Shown: positions 1 to 7,951, counted from the stretch's first letter. The stretch: DNA of 25,360 nucleotides from Myxococcota bacterium (GCA_039208735.1 JBCCQY010000137.1:1-25360); one strand, 5' to 3'. A program made the numbers and translations. The notes: generated by a model not told the origin, from the letters alone.

Positions 1-44
1 ACGTGGTGCGCCATGGAGCCGGTCGTACATATGGTCTCGGGGGC

Positions 45-200
45 CACGCAGATGCAAGCACCCGCGCTTCCTGCTTCCTGATCCTCGGATGAGGATCGTC
101 GGAGGCCGTTTCACTCGCGACGGACGAATCGTCACGAGCCAGAGCGAGCCTCCTCCACAGGCGTCTTTTTACGACCCCGAGGAGACTTCTCGGCGGTCGG
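45..200 (-). ncRNA. Putative TnpB omega-RNA (reRNA) scaffold overlapping the tnpB 3' end; boundaries approximate
   Basis: Minus-strand motifs GCCTGTGGAG (162-153), GTGAAAC (114-108) and GAAGCAGGAA (77-68) occur in the order I recognise from IS605/IS607 tnpB right ends. Stems: 101-106/148-153, 114-138, 80-97 (perfect 7 bp) and 47-66. The non-Watson-Crick pairs in the 114-138 and 47-66 stems are G-U only on the minus strand. Confidence 0.72.
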
Positions 201-1644
201 AAGCGAGCGCAGGGAACTGCGCGAGGTTCGCGGCAGCATTCGTGTCGCGGTCCGCTTCGAAACCACAACTCGAACAGTGAAAGTGGCGGATGGACGGGTC
301 GAGTTTGTCGCCAAGGTGACCACAGCGGCTACACCGCCGGGTGCTCGGATAGTGCCTTGGCGCTCGGGTGACCCGGCCTCCATGCCAGGTCACGCGTTGG
401 ATGAGCTTGGTGATGAAGGTGGCCCAAGCCAGATCGGCCAGAGCCCGGGCCATCCCGCGGCGTCGGGTTTGCATGAGCCCTTGGGTGTTCAACGTCTCGA
501 TGACCAGGTGACCGTGGTTCTTGGCCAACCGGGGCACTTCACGTCGAACAAAGGCCTCCCGCATCCGACGGGTACGAGCATGGAACCGCTTCAGGCGATG
601 TCGGGCCCTCCGCTGATTCGCAGAGCCCTTCTTCTTGCGCGCGACCGCGCGACTGAGGCGTTGGAGTTTCGGCAGACGGTCTCGCCACGGACGCGGATGC
701 TCGAGGCGCAGCACGTCGACCGCGTCAGCCGTCGCGAATACCGCGAACGTCTTGACCCCGAGGTCCAGGCCGACGGGAGCGACATCGCCGTGCACCGGTT
801 CCTCTTTGTGAAGAGGGCCCGTCTCGAGGGTCACCGCCATTCGCCATCGGCCGTCGTCGAACGACACCGTGACGTGGCACAGCTTGGTCTCGGGCTTGGC
901 GAGCAATCGGCGCAGCCGACGCATGCACTCCCGCACCTTGACCACGCCGCCGAGCTTGCGGGGGAGCCGCACGGCGCGGTGAGGGAGCCCCCCGTCGGCG
1001 GTCGTCGACTCCGAGAGGGGGCGAAAGGTGACGCCCCGCCTCACTCGGAACGACAAGCGGCTGCGGTGACGCTTCTTGAACTGGACCCGGCCCGGACAGC
1101 GCCCTTTGCGGTCGCCCTCGAACCACTTGGCTCGAGCACTCATCCCCGTTCCAGCGTCTTTCGCCCCTTCTTCCAGCACTTCCTGATGAAGCTCGGACAT
1201 CCAGGGGTGCCGAAACGTCCACTCGATGGCCTTTCTCGCCCTCTTGTCGGCCTCATCGAGCTTGCGAAGACAGGACGCTGCGAGCTGCACTGGCTCCGGG
1301 TCGTTCCCTTCGGTCTCGGCCTCGGACCGCGGGATCACCTTCCACTTGTTGAAGGCATCGATGCACTGCGTGCCCGTGACCGGAACCCACAGGTCAGGGC
1401 GACCGGACGGGTCTGCCGCCTTGACTTGCTTGCCCAGGATGTACAACGCCACCGCCTGGTTGAACGCAAATCGACGACCGTGGCCATGCGCCGAGAACCG
1501 ACGATGCTGATCTCGGGTCGGCTTCAGGGTGAACGTCCACGTCGTGCACCGCGTTCGCATCGGAATCCCGCGCGACTCCGTCGCGCTACAATTCCGCTCG
1601 GCCCTCGGCTTCGCCTGCGGGCTCTCCGGTGATGGCATCTTCAT
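169..1644 (-). CDS. tnpB: RNA-guided endonuclease TnpB (IS607-like clade). Conserved region starts at ATG 1560; in-frame ATG at 1644 overlaps the transposase stop
   Basis: N-terminal HTH (TWTFTLKPT...RRFAFNQAVA), FKKR motif, RuvC-I VGLDLGVK, RuvC-II LVIETL, zinc finger CSRC...CSSC and RuvC-III DRDTNAAANL. D-E-D triad intact. The ORF-track extension to 1869 overlaps the transposase and is unlikely. Confidence 0.93.
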   Translation of the reverse strand: MKMPSPESPQAKPRAERNCSATESRGIPMRTRCTTWTFTLKPTRDQHRRFSAHGHGRRFAFNQAVALYILGKQVKAADPSGRPDLWVPVTGTQCIDAFNKWKVIPRSEAETEGNDPEPVQLAASCLRKLDEADKRARKAIEWTFRHPWMSELHQEVLEEGAKDAGTGMSARAKWFEGDRKGRCPGRVQFKKRHRSRLSFRVRRGVTFRPLSESTTADGGLPHRAVRLPRKLGGVVKVRECMRRLRRLLAKPETKLCHVTVSFDDGRWRMAVTLETGPLHKEEPVHGDVAPVGLDLGVKTFAVFATADAVDVLRLEHPRPWRDRLPKLQRLSRAVARKKKGSANQRRARHRLKRFHARTRRMREAFVRREVPRLAKNHGHLVIETLNTQGLMQTRRRGMARALADLAWATFITKLIQRVTWHGGRVTRAPRHYPSTRRCSRCGHLGDKLDPSIRHFHCSSCGFEADRDTNAAANLAQFPALASDRREVSSGS

Positions 1645-2399
1645 GGCCAAGCGGTCCGCTCCACGGTCAACGCCGAGAGTCCGACGAACGCCCCGAACGA
1701 AAGCCCCGTCTTGTCGGTTCGGCAGCCTATCCGGCGAAATCGCTGTAGCCGCCAGAAGAACCGCTCGATGACATTGCGGAGTCCATACCGAGCACGGTTG
1801 TGCGGACGAGGGATCGGTCGACCTCGACGAGCAGGGATGACGCCTTCGATGTCGTGTTTCGACAACCAAGCCAGAAACCTGTCGCTGTCGTAGGCTCGGT
1901 CTGCGACCCGCGCTTTCGGGACCGGCATCCGCGAGAGCAGTGGGACCGCCTGGGAAATGTCGGCCCCTTGTCCGGGTGTCAGGTCAAAGCCAACCCAGCG
2001 GCCCCGGGTCGGGACGACGGCATGGACCTTGGTCGTTCGTCCACCTCGACTTCGGCCCAAAGCCTCTGCGGAAGCGGTGCTGCCTCGTGCCCCCGCCGAA
2101 TCCGGATGGGCTTTGACGATCAAGCTGTCGAGAAGGAAGATCTCCTCGGGCTCCTCGGCGCGACGGATCTCTTCGGCCATCTGCCGCCATCGTCCGACGC
2201 AAGCCCATCGGCGAAATCTTCGAAACACGGAATTCCACCGTCCGAACTTCGATGGAAGGTCTCGCCACGGAGCTCCGGTGCGCAGAATCCAGAACACGCC
2301 CTCGACGAAGAGCCGAACATCGCCGCCACGATTCCGGCGTCCGAGAACGGCGCCAGTCGACTGCACGATCCTTTGAATGGTCTCGTCTACGCCCATCAT
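1641..2399 (-). CDS. IS5-family (IS427-like) DDE transposase, single ORF; alternative TTG start at 2405
   Basis: DUF4096-like N-terminus (RLFVEGVFWILRTGAPWRDLP..FGRWNSVFRRFRRW), catalytic motifs LLDSLIVKAH, VADRAYDS and RNVIERFF, plus ALGRSRGGRTTKVH. Confidence 0.93.
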   Translation of the reverse strand: MMGVDETIQRIVQSTGAVLGRRNRGGDVRLFVEGVFWILRTGAPWRDLPSKFGRWNSVFRRFRRWACVGRWRQMAEEIRRAEEPEEIFLLDSLIVKAHPDSAGARGSTASAEALGRSRGGRTTKVHAVVPTRGRWVGFDLTPGQGADISQAVPLLSRMPVPKARVADRAYDSDRFLAWLSKHDIEGVIPARRGRPIPRPHNRARYGLRNVIERFFWRLQRFRRIGCRTDKTGLSFGAFVGLSALTVERTAWP

Positions 2400-2408
2400 A
2401 GGCAACTG

Positions 2409-2436
2409 AATATCTCATCAGATGAACGTATGTCAA
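2409..2436 (-). promoter_or_regulatory. Putative sigma70 promoter for the transposase-tnpB unit
   Basis: Perfect TTGACA (2436-2431), a 16-nt spacer and GATATT (2414-2409), lying 9 nt upstream of ATG 2399 in an AT-richer patch. Confidence 0.55.
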
Positions 2437-2478
2437 CCCCACCCCGAGACGATTATGAAGAGCGACGATCCAAACGCC

Positions 2479-3261
2479 CTAGGGCGTTCTGCGCAATTGG
2501 TGCAGCGCATCAGGCATTGGGGGAGGTTCAGGCATAGCCTCCGCCTGTTCAGCTCGATAGCGGAGCATACGGACCAATCGTTCGATCGTCGGTTCTGGGG
2601 TACCCGCTAAACGAAGGTGAAGCGCCCGCTGTTCACTCGTCAGGTGGATGACGGTGGCGTCCTCCGGGCCCCGTCGCTCGACGCCTAGGCCGCGCAACGG
2701 CCGTCGTTCATCGGAACGCCCCCGTCGAACGCGGACCGCTTGGCCATCGATGCGAATCCGAGTGGGCGCCGCAGGACACAGCAGGGCCACCAGGGCCGAG
2801 AAGAGCCCAAGCGGCGGGACCAGGCACCATAGTGCCATGACCGTGGTTGCCGCGCCATTCGCAGGAGGTGGCAAGGTGACGTCTACTCCGGCATGGTCTA
2901 CCCTGAACCTTGGGAGCGAAGCCTCCCGAACCCCGCCAAAACCCAAACGGAGTGCGCCAAGCCAAAGGCCGATTAGCCCCACGTAGCCGCAGAGTGCGCT
3001 GGTGGCAGAGACCCGGATCTCGCAACCGTTCGCCCGCAGACAATCTCCCCAATGCGAAAGGTGGCCAATCCAAAGGAGATACGCCAGTAGCGAGAGTCCC
3101 AAGCCGGCTCCCAACCGTCGCCGGATGGCCCGAACGCTGACTCGGGGTAGATCGTCGCCGTAGATCAGGCTCCAAGCAACACGACCCGTTCGTCCCCAGG
3201 CGAAGCCAGCGATCGCCAGGGTGAGGGGAGCGAAGAGAACCGGTAGCCTCAAAACGTCCAT
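2479..3261 (-). CDS. Hypothetical membrane protein with about 4 hydrophobic segments and a C-terminal soluble beta-rich domain
   Basis: 260-aa ORF with hydrophobic stretches; its TAG stop lies within the CTAG at the element boundary. Confidence 0.7.
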   Translation of the reverse strand: MDVLRLPVLFAPLTLAIAGFAWGRTGRVAWSLIYGDDLPRVSVRAIRRRLGAGLGLSLLAYLLWIGHLSHWGDCLRANGCEIRVSATSALCGYVGLIGLWLGALRLGFGGVREASLPRFRVDHAGVDVTLPPPANGAATTVMALWCLVPPLGLFSALVALLCPAAPTRIRIDGQAVRVRRGRSDERRPLRGLGVERRGPEDATVIHLTSEQRALHLRLAGTPEPTIERLVRMLRYRAEQAEAMPEPPPMPDALHQLRRTP

Positions 3262-3337
3262 GGGCCAAGCCTAAGTCACTGGCGGCGTGGCGAATCGGAC
3301 CTTTGTAGGAAACGTCCCAGATGGTTCCAAGCTACGC

Positions 3338-4111
3338 TCAAGAAGTTGGAAGACGGGGGATCCGGAACCCTTCGTCGAACTCGAACGGCGCCATCACCGT
3401 CATCGCACCGACGGCCACCAAGTCTGTCGGACTGTGCCGAGCCGACTCGCTTCTTGAGCGCTGGCTAAACGCGTCCATCGTTTCGCGCAGGGCCCGCTTG
3501 AACTCGAGGATGCTGCTGGGTAGCAAACGGAACCGGCCCAGCCCGAGTTCCGTGTGGCCAGGCAAGTCGTGCGCCTCGCGATTCGTGATGCGCTCTCGGG
3601 CGTGATCCAAAAGCGCATCCTGCAGGGTTCGAATCACGACATGGCCAAGTTCGGCATGCATTTGCAGTCCGAGGCGGTCGCGGTGGAACGGGCGCACCCG
3701 GCGATCGGTGACCACGACGAGTTCGAGACGTTGCAGCGTCATGAGGTAGCGGTGGGTCGAGTCCGGGTCGAGATCGTGTGCCTCCACAACGGCATCGACG
3801 TCGAAACGGTTCGCCCAAAGGCTCTCGAGGAAAAAGTAGTAGCCCGGATTACGGACCAAGAACGTCTGTTGCTCTTCATTGAGCAGCACGGGCTCACCGG
3901 GTGGGTTTGCCGCTTCGGCCACCAGGTCCTCGAACGACAGTTCGAGCGACTCGCAGATTCGCAAGAGCCGCGACACCGAGCCATCCTCGGCATTCAGCAC
4001 CTTCTTCACCCCCGATTCCGACAACCCAATATCGGTACCGAGCGCTTGGTAAGTGATCTTCCGTGCGCGCAAGATGCGCTTGAGTGTTCGAACCAGGTCA
4101 CCATACGTCAT
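3338..4111 (-). CDS. XRE-family helix-turn-helix transcriptional regulator
   Basis: N-terminal LKRILRARKITYQALGTDIGLSESGVKKVLN...SVSRLLRICESLELSFEDL is a Cro/C1-type HTH. Confidence 0.85.
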   Translation of the reverse strand: MTYGDLVRTLKRILRARKITYQALGTDIGLSESGVKKVLNAEDGSVSRLLRICESLELSFEDLVAEAANPPGEPVLLNEEQQTFLVRNPGYYFFLESLWANRFDVDAVVEAHDLDPDSTHRYLMTLQRLELVVVTDRRVRPFHRDRLGLQMHAELGHVVIRTLQDALLDHARERITNREAHDLPGHTELGLGRFRLLPSSILEFKRALRETMDAFSQRSRSESARHSPTDLVAVGAMTVMAPFEFDEGFRIPRLPTS

Positions 4112-4200
4112 AGCCCTGGAGATACCGCGCGGGGGTCTGTCACTCCGCGGAATTGTGGATCGGACCTAAATCGGGTCCCTTTTTGCCGCCCGGAGGCCCC

Positions 4201-4818
4201 ATGCACCCCAATCCGCTGTTTCGATCTCGCGACCCAGATGCGAACCTGCGATTTGCGCAGGACCGGGGCTTTGGTGTGTTGACGGTCAACGGGGAGGCGA
4301 GCCCTCACGTGGCCCACGTCCCCCTTCTGTTGAACGACACGAACACCGAGGTGTGGGCTCACCTGTCTCGAGCCAACCCCCTCCTCGGGGCGCTTCCCAA
4401 GAATGGATGCCTCGTGGTATCGGGCCCCGACGCCTACATCTCGCCCGATTGGTACGGTCTGAGGAGCCAGGTTCCCACCTGGAACTATGTGGCGGTCCAT
4501 CTTCGAGGCCACGTACAAATCGCAGGGCCAGACACGCTCCGCGAACATCTCGACACCTTGGCGGCGGCTCACGAAGCCCAGTTCCCTTCCAAGGCACCGT
4601 GGCGAACGACGTCCGTGCCACCCGAGAAACTAGAAGCCATGATGCGCGCGATTGTGCCGGTACGGCTTTCCCTTCAGTCCGTCGAAGGTACGTGGAAGCT
4701 CGGCCAGAACAAACCCCGTTCCGCGGTTCATGCAGCGGCCGAAACGCTCATGGATTCGGACTACGGCCAAGAAGTCGCTACGTTGGCCGATTGGATGCGC
4801 AAAGAACCAGACCGTTAG
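4201..4818 (+). CDS. paiB: FMN-binding negative transcriptional regulator (PaiB family)
   Basis: Motifs AHLSRANP, GPDAYISPDWY, VPTWNYVAVHLRG and WKLGQNK; GGAGG precedes ATG 4201. Confidence 0.9.
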   Translation: MHPNPLFRSRDPDANLRFAQDRGFGVLTVNGEASPHVAHVPLLLNDTNTEVWAHLSRANPLLGALPKNGCLVVSGPDAYISPDWYGLRSQVPTWNYVAVHLRGHVQIAGPDTLREHLDTLAAAHEAQFPSKAPWRTTSVPPEKLEAMMRAIVPVRLSLQSVEGTWKLGQNKPRSAVHAAAETLMDSDYGQEVATLADWMRKEPDR

Positions 4819-5798
4819 TCCTCTGCGATGAGGAGCGCATCTAGATCGCTGAAGAGGTCGTCGGCGGAAGCGGAGTCACTCGGCGGAGGGGGCCGCCGAG
4901 ACTTGGTCTTCGGAACCGTCACGGAGGCAGCCGTCGAGCGGCGTCGAACGGGCGGAAGTCCCAAGGCCGTGCGACGACGCCGCTCCTCCTTGATGGCCGC
5001 CGAGATCTCGTCCATCACCGACTCGAGGTTGGCCTTCTTGGACGAGCGCCGAAGGCGTCCTGTCAGTCGGGTGTCGGGCGTGAGCGTGGCCCGCTCGTAG
5101 TGGTTCCACAACTCTTCACCGTAGGGACGTCGGCGAAGGTCAGGCACCCATCGGGCCAGGAAGCTCGTGAGATTGTCGACGTCGCGAATCAGGAGCCGAC
5201 GGGCATTCTGGTTGGCCGCGGCGTCGATCGCCTGTGGAAAATCGATGATGGTTGGACCGCGATGGCCGAGCAGGACATTGAAGTCCGAAAGGTCGCCATG
5301 CACGAGGCCGGCGCAGAGCATTCGCGTCACCTCTCCCAACAGCTGATTGAAGAGCCGTCGCGCTTCGCCCTCCTCGAGATCGACATCCACCAGGCGAGGG
5401 GCAGGGTCCCCATCCGGCCCACGCACCAATTCCATGATGAGTACGCCATCCACGAAGTCGTAGGGCTCAGGAACCCGTACTCCAGCGCGCCACAGGCGGC
5501 GCATCGCGTCATACTCGGCAGAGCGCCAGCTCGCCTCGATCTCGCGCCGCCCGTAGGCCGAACGCTTGCCTTTGGCTCGCTCAGAACGGGTGTTTCGACC
5601 CCGTCGGCCCTCGAGATAGTCCGCACGATGTTTGAAGCTGCGACGCCCCGCGTCCTTGTAGACCTTGGCGACCCGAAGGTCTCCTCCATCCACGCTCACC
5701 AAGTAGACCTGCGCCTCCTTGCCCGACATCAATGGCCGCAGCACATCGTCGATCAATCCGGCGTCAAGCAAGGGTTCGAGTTCGGGGGGGACCCGCAT
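4815..5798 (-). CDS. RIO1-family (PA4780-like) serine/threonine kinase
   Basis: Motifs LMSGKEAQVY, VAKVYK, GVRVPEP, LVHGDLSDFNVL and IIDFPQAID; purine-rich GAGGGAAG precedes ATG 5798. Confidence 0.92.
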   Translation of the reverse strand: MRVPPELEPLLDAGLIDDVLRPLMSGKEAQVYLVSVDGGDLRVAKVYKDAGRRSFKHRADYLEGRRGRNTRSERAKGKRSAYGRREIEASWRSAEYDAMRRLWRAGVRVPEPYDFVDGVLIMELVRGPDGDPAPRLVDVDLEEGEARRLFNQLLGEVTRMLCAGLVHGDLSDFNVLLGHRGPTIIDFPQAIDAAANQNARRLLIRDVDNLTSFLARWVPDLRRRPYGEELWNHYERATLTPDTRLTGRLRRSSKKANLESVMDEISAAIKEERRRRTALGLPPVRRRSTAASVTVPKTKSRRPPPPSDSASADDLFSDLDALLIAED

Positions 5799-6083
5799 GT
5801 TGTCTTCCCTCAGGGCCACGCCTGACCCACTGGTGAAGGCCTTATCGACTTCTCAGGCGGACGAGCACAGCACCGTGGTCCAGGCGATGAGGTTGTTAGC
5901 CACCGTGCCACGCCGTGGCAAGCCTTCGCTCATTTCTCGTGCCCCTAAACAATCACATCTTGCCACCGGGCAGGCTCCTCCGTGTCTCTACGGAATCTCG
6001 TAGCCTCTTCAACGTGATGAATGAAGTCATCCAGCCGCAGCGCGTTGAGCGTGATGCGTATAGAACTGCGTTAGGGTCGCCCT

Positions 6084-7205
6084 ATGACAACCCCTGAGCG
6101 CAAACGATTCAAGGATTGGTTCGACGAAGCCGCGGCAAACGCGATTGGCGACCAGATACAGCGTGCTTACCCGGACTTTGCGAAGAAGGAATTCCTCGAC
6201 CTTGCGACGGCCAATCTCAACCGCCTTGAGATGATGGAGCGGGTGAAGCAGTGGTCCGATGCGATGGCCGCGACCCTACCTCCTCCGCCGGAATCCCTGC
6301 GCATCTTGACCGCAAGCTTGCCTGCGCCCCTGGACGGCACGGATTCCGTCACAGACGGATACCTCCAGTGGCCGGTCGGCCAGTACATCGCAGATCACGC
6401 TGTCGATCACTTCGAACCCGCCATGACGGCGATGATCGAACTCACCCAACGCCTGTCGTCGGAGTTTGCGGTACGACCTTTCGTGGAACGCTACCCGGAA
6501 GCGACCTTCAACCGATTGCTTACGTTGACCAGCCACGAGAACCCGCACGTGCGGCGGTGGTGCTCGGAGGGTATCCGACCTCGTCTCCCCTGGGGGCGCA
6601 AGCTGCACGCGTTGATCAAAGACCCCAACCCCATCTGGCCGATCCTCGAGGCGCTCAAAGACGACGACGAGCCCTATGTGCGCAAGTCCGTCGCCAACGT
6701 GCTCAACGACATCGCCAAGGACCATCCTGCAGCAGTGGTCGAACGCGGCCAAACCTGGTCGAAGGACGCACCGGCTGGCCGAGCCTGGATCATCAAGCAC
6801 GGATTGCGCTCGCTCGTGAAGGCGGGACACCCAGGCGCCCTTGCGGTCGTGGGATTTGACCCGCCCAAGGACATCGCCGTGAAGCTTGTGGCGTCACCCA
6901 TGCGGGTCGCTGTCGGAGGCACGCTTACGCTCGAGATGGCGCTCCATAATCAGTCCAAGCGGGACCAGGCGTTGTTGGTCGACTATGCCATTACATTCAT
7001 GCGCAAGGCCGGCCCGGGCGCTCCCAAGGTGTTCAAGGGCAGCACGGTTACGGTCGCTGCAGGCCAGCGAACGTCGATGACCAAGCGACACGTGTTTCGG
7101 CAGACCACAATCCGGCGACTGTACCCCGGACCCCACCAGGTGGCCGTACAAGTCAACGGGGTGGTATTGGATTCGACGACGGTTGAGCTGATCGACAGAG
7201 ATTGA
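6084..7205 (+). CDS. DNA alkylation repair enzyme, AlkC-like HEAT-repeat DNA glycosylase with a C-terminal Ig-like domain
   Basis: Motifs LTQRLSSEFAVRPF, HVRRWCSEGIRPRLPW, YVRKSVANVLNDIAKDHP and C-terminal TTIRRLYPGPHQVAVQVNG. Confidence 0.88.
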   Translation: MTTPERKRFKDWFDEAAANAIGDQIQRAYPDFAKKEFLDLATANLNRLEMMERVKQWSDAMAATLPPPPESLRILTASLPAPLDGTDSVTDGYLQWPVGQYIADHAVDHFEPAMTAMIELTQRLSSEFAVRPFVERYPEATFNRLLTLTSHENPHVRRWCSEGIRPRLPWGRKLHALIKDPNPIWPILEALKDDDEPYVRKSVANVLNDIAKDHPAAVVERGQTWSKDAPAGRAWIIKHGLRSLVKAGHPGALAVVGFDPPKDIAVKLVASPMRVAVGGTLTLEMALHNQSKRDQALLVDYAITFMRKAGPGAPKVFKGSTVTVAAGQRTSMTKRHVFRQTTIRRLYPGPHQVAVQVNGVVLDSTTVELIDRD

Positions 7206-7248
7206 GCTTGCCGCTAGGCGTGCTGGATCCCAGCCATGAATCGAAGGC

Positions 7249-7490
7249 TTATCGATAGGTTCCGGCGATGGACTCGAAGCGTTCTGCAGTGACCTCCTCG
7301 CCTGTGGCCATGAAGTGTTCCATGCCGATCAGAAAGTCGTCGAAACCAGCCTTGATACCGCCCTCAGCGAAATTCGCCAAGAACGCCGGCTTGAGGCGAT
7401 ACGTCATCGTGAACGCCACCTTGGCGCTTGTGTCATCGACAGGGGTGATGCGGCTACGAACCACACTGACCTCCGTGTCGATGGGTGTGG
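7249..7490 (-). pseudogene. C-terminal fragment of an SRPBCC-like protein (or a small 71-aa protein from GTG 7464)
   Basis: The strand-strand-helix pattern (SRITPVDDTSAKVAFTMTY...GFDDFLIGMEHFMATGE) resembles an SRPBCC C-terminus. The frame stays open upstream (PIDTEVS) and overlaps the tail of the preceding gene. Confidence 0.45.
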
Positions 7491-7951
7491 CTGAAGCTAC
7501 GGACCAAATCCGCCCACCAAACCGCCTTTACGTTGCGCAATGCCGTACTACGAAGCCCGGTACCTGATTTGCCAGGGTGCTTCTCAAGTCCCCGGTGTTG
7601 AAGATGAACCTCGGTGCCCCCAGCTACGGTTTTGAAACGCACCTCCAGTTTGCTGGCTTCACGGCCTCCCTCCGGCGGAGACCACGCCAAGACCAGCCGG
7701 CAGGTGCTGGTGCCCGCTCGAGGCGGCTCCCAAACGTCAACCCGGCCGATGACGCAATCGGGCGCATCGACGAATCGCTCGAAGAACCGCCCCCCCACCC
7801 AAGGTTCAAGAATCAAATTCCCTTCGCGACCCTCGCCAAAGCGAAACCGCGGGCCCCGCTTCCACCACGTGTTGATTTGGGTCGCGAAGAGGACGAAGGT
7901 GCGTTCCAAAGGCGCTCGAACGCGGGTACGAACGTCGACCTGGCCTTTCAT
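7454..7951 (-). CDS. SRPBCC/AHSA1-domain protein
   Basis: Motifs RVRAPLERTFVLFA..INTWW, LEPWVGGRFFE, GRVDVWEPP..RLVLAW and TEVHLQHRGLE; start overlaps the stop of the ArsR gene. Confidence 0.85.
   Translation of the reverse strand: MKGQVDVRTRVRAPLERTFVLFATQINTWWKRGPRFRFGEGREGNLILEPWVGGRFFERFVDAPDCVIGRVDVWEPPRAGTSTCRLVLAWSPPEGGREASKLEVRFKTVAGGTEVHLQHRGLEKHPGKSGTGLRSTALRNVKAVWWADLVRSFSHTHRHGGQCGS

Larger units (their letters stand above)
8..2478 (-). mobile_element. Putative composite element: IS5-type transposase + tnpB + omega-RNA. Left end beside CTAG at 2479-2482; right end unresolved, near or beyond the window start
   Basis: The minus strand reads CTAG|GGCGTTTGGATC, resembling an IS5-type end at a CTAG target. 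No inverted copy lies next to the transposase stop. Only a degenerate inverted match is seen at 8-42. Confidence 0.45.

Noticed and set aside
1..170. CRISPR array next to the TnpB (Cas12f-like system)
   Set aside because: No direct repeats with spacers are visible here or elsewhere in the window; sequence beyond position 1 cannot be seen.
277..1632. 451-aa plus-strand ORF
   Set aside because: Antisense shadow of tnpB in high-GC DNA; no recognisable motifs.
1645..1869. N-terminal extension of the 566-aa TnpB ORF, or a transposase-TnpB frameshift fusion
   Set aside because: It overlaps the conserved transposase C-terminus in another frame, and I see no clear slippery heptamer.
169..4111. Nuclease-dead TnpB repressor (TldR-like) working with the nearby regulator
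   Set aside because: All three RuvC acidic residues are present, and the XRE gene lies outside the putative element.
7206..7248. Intrinsic terminator between convergent genes
   Set aside because: Only a 5-bp stem (GCTGG/CCAGC) with no U-tract.
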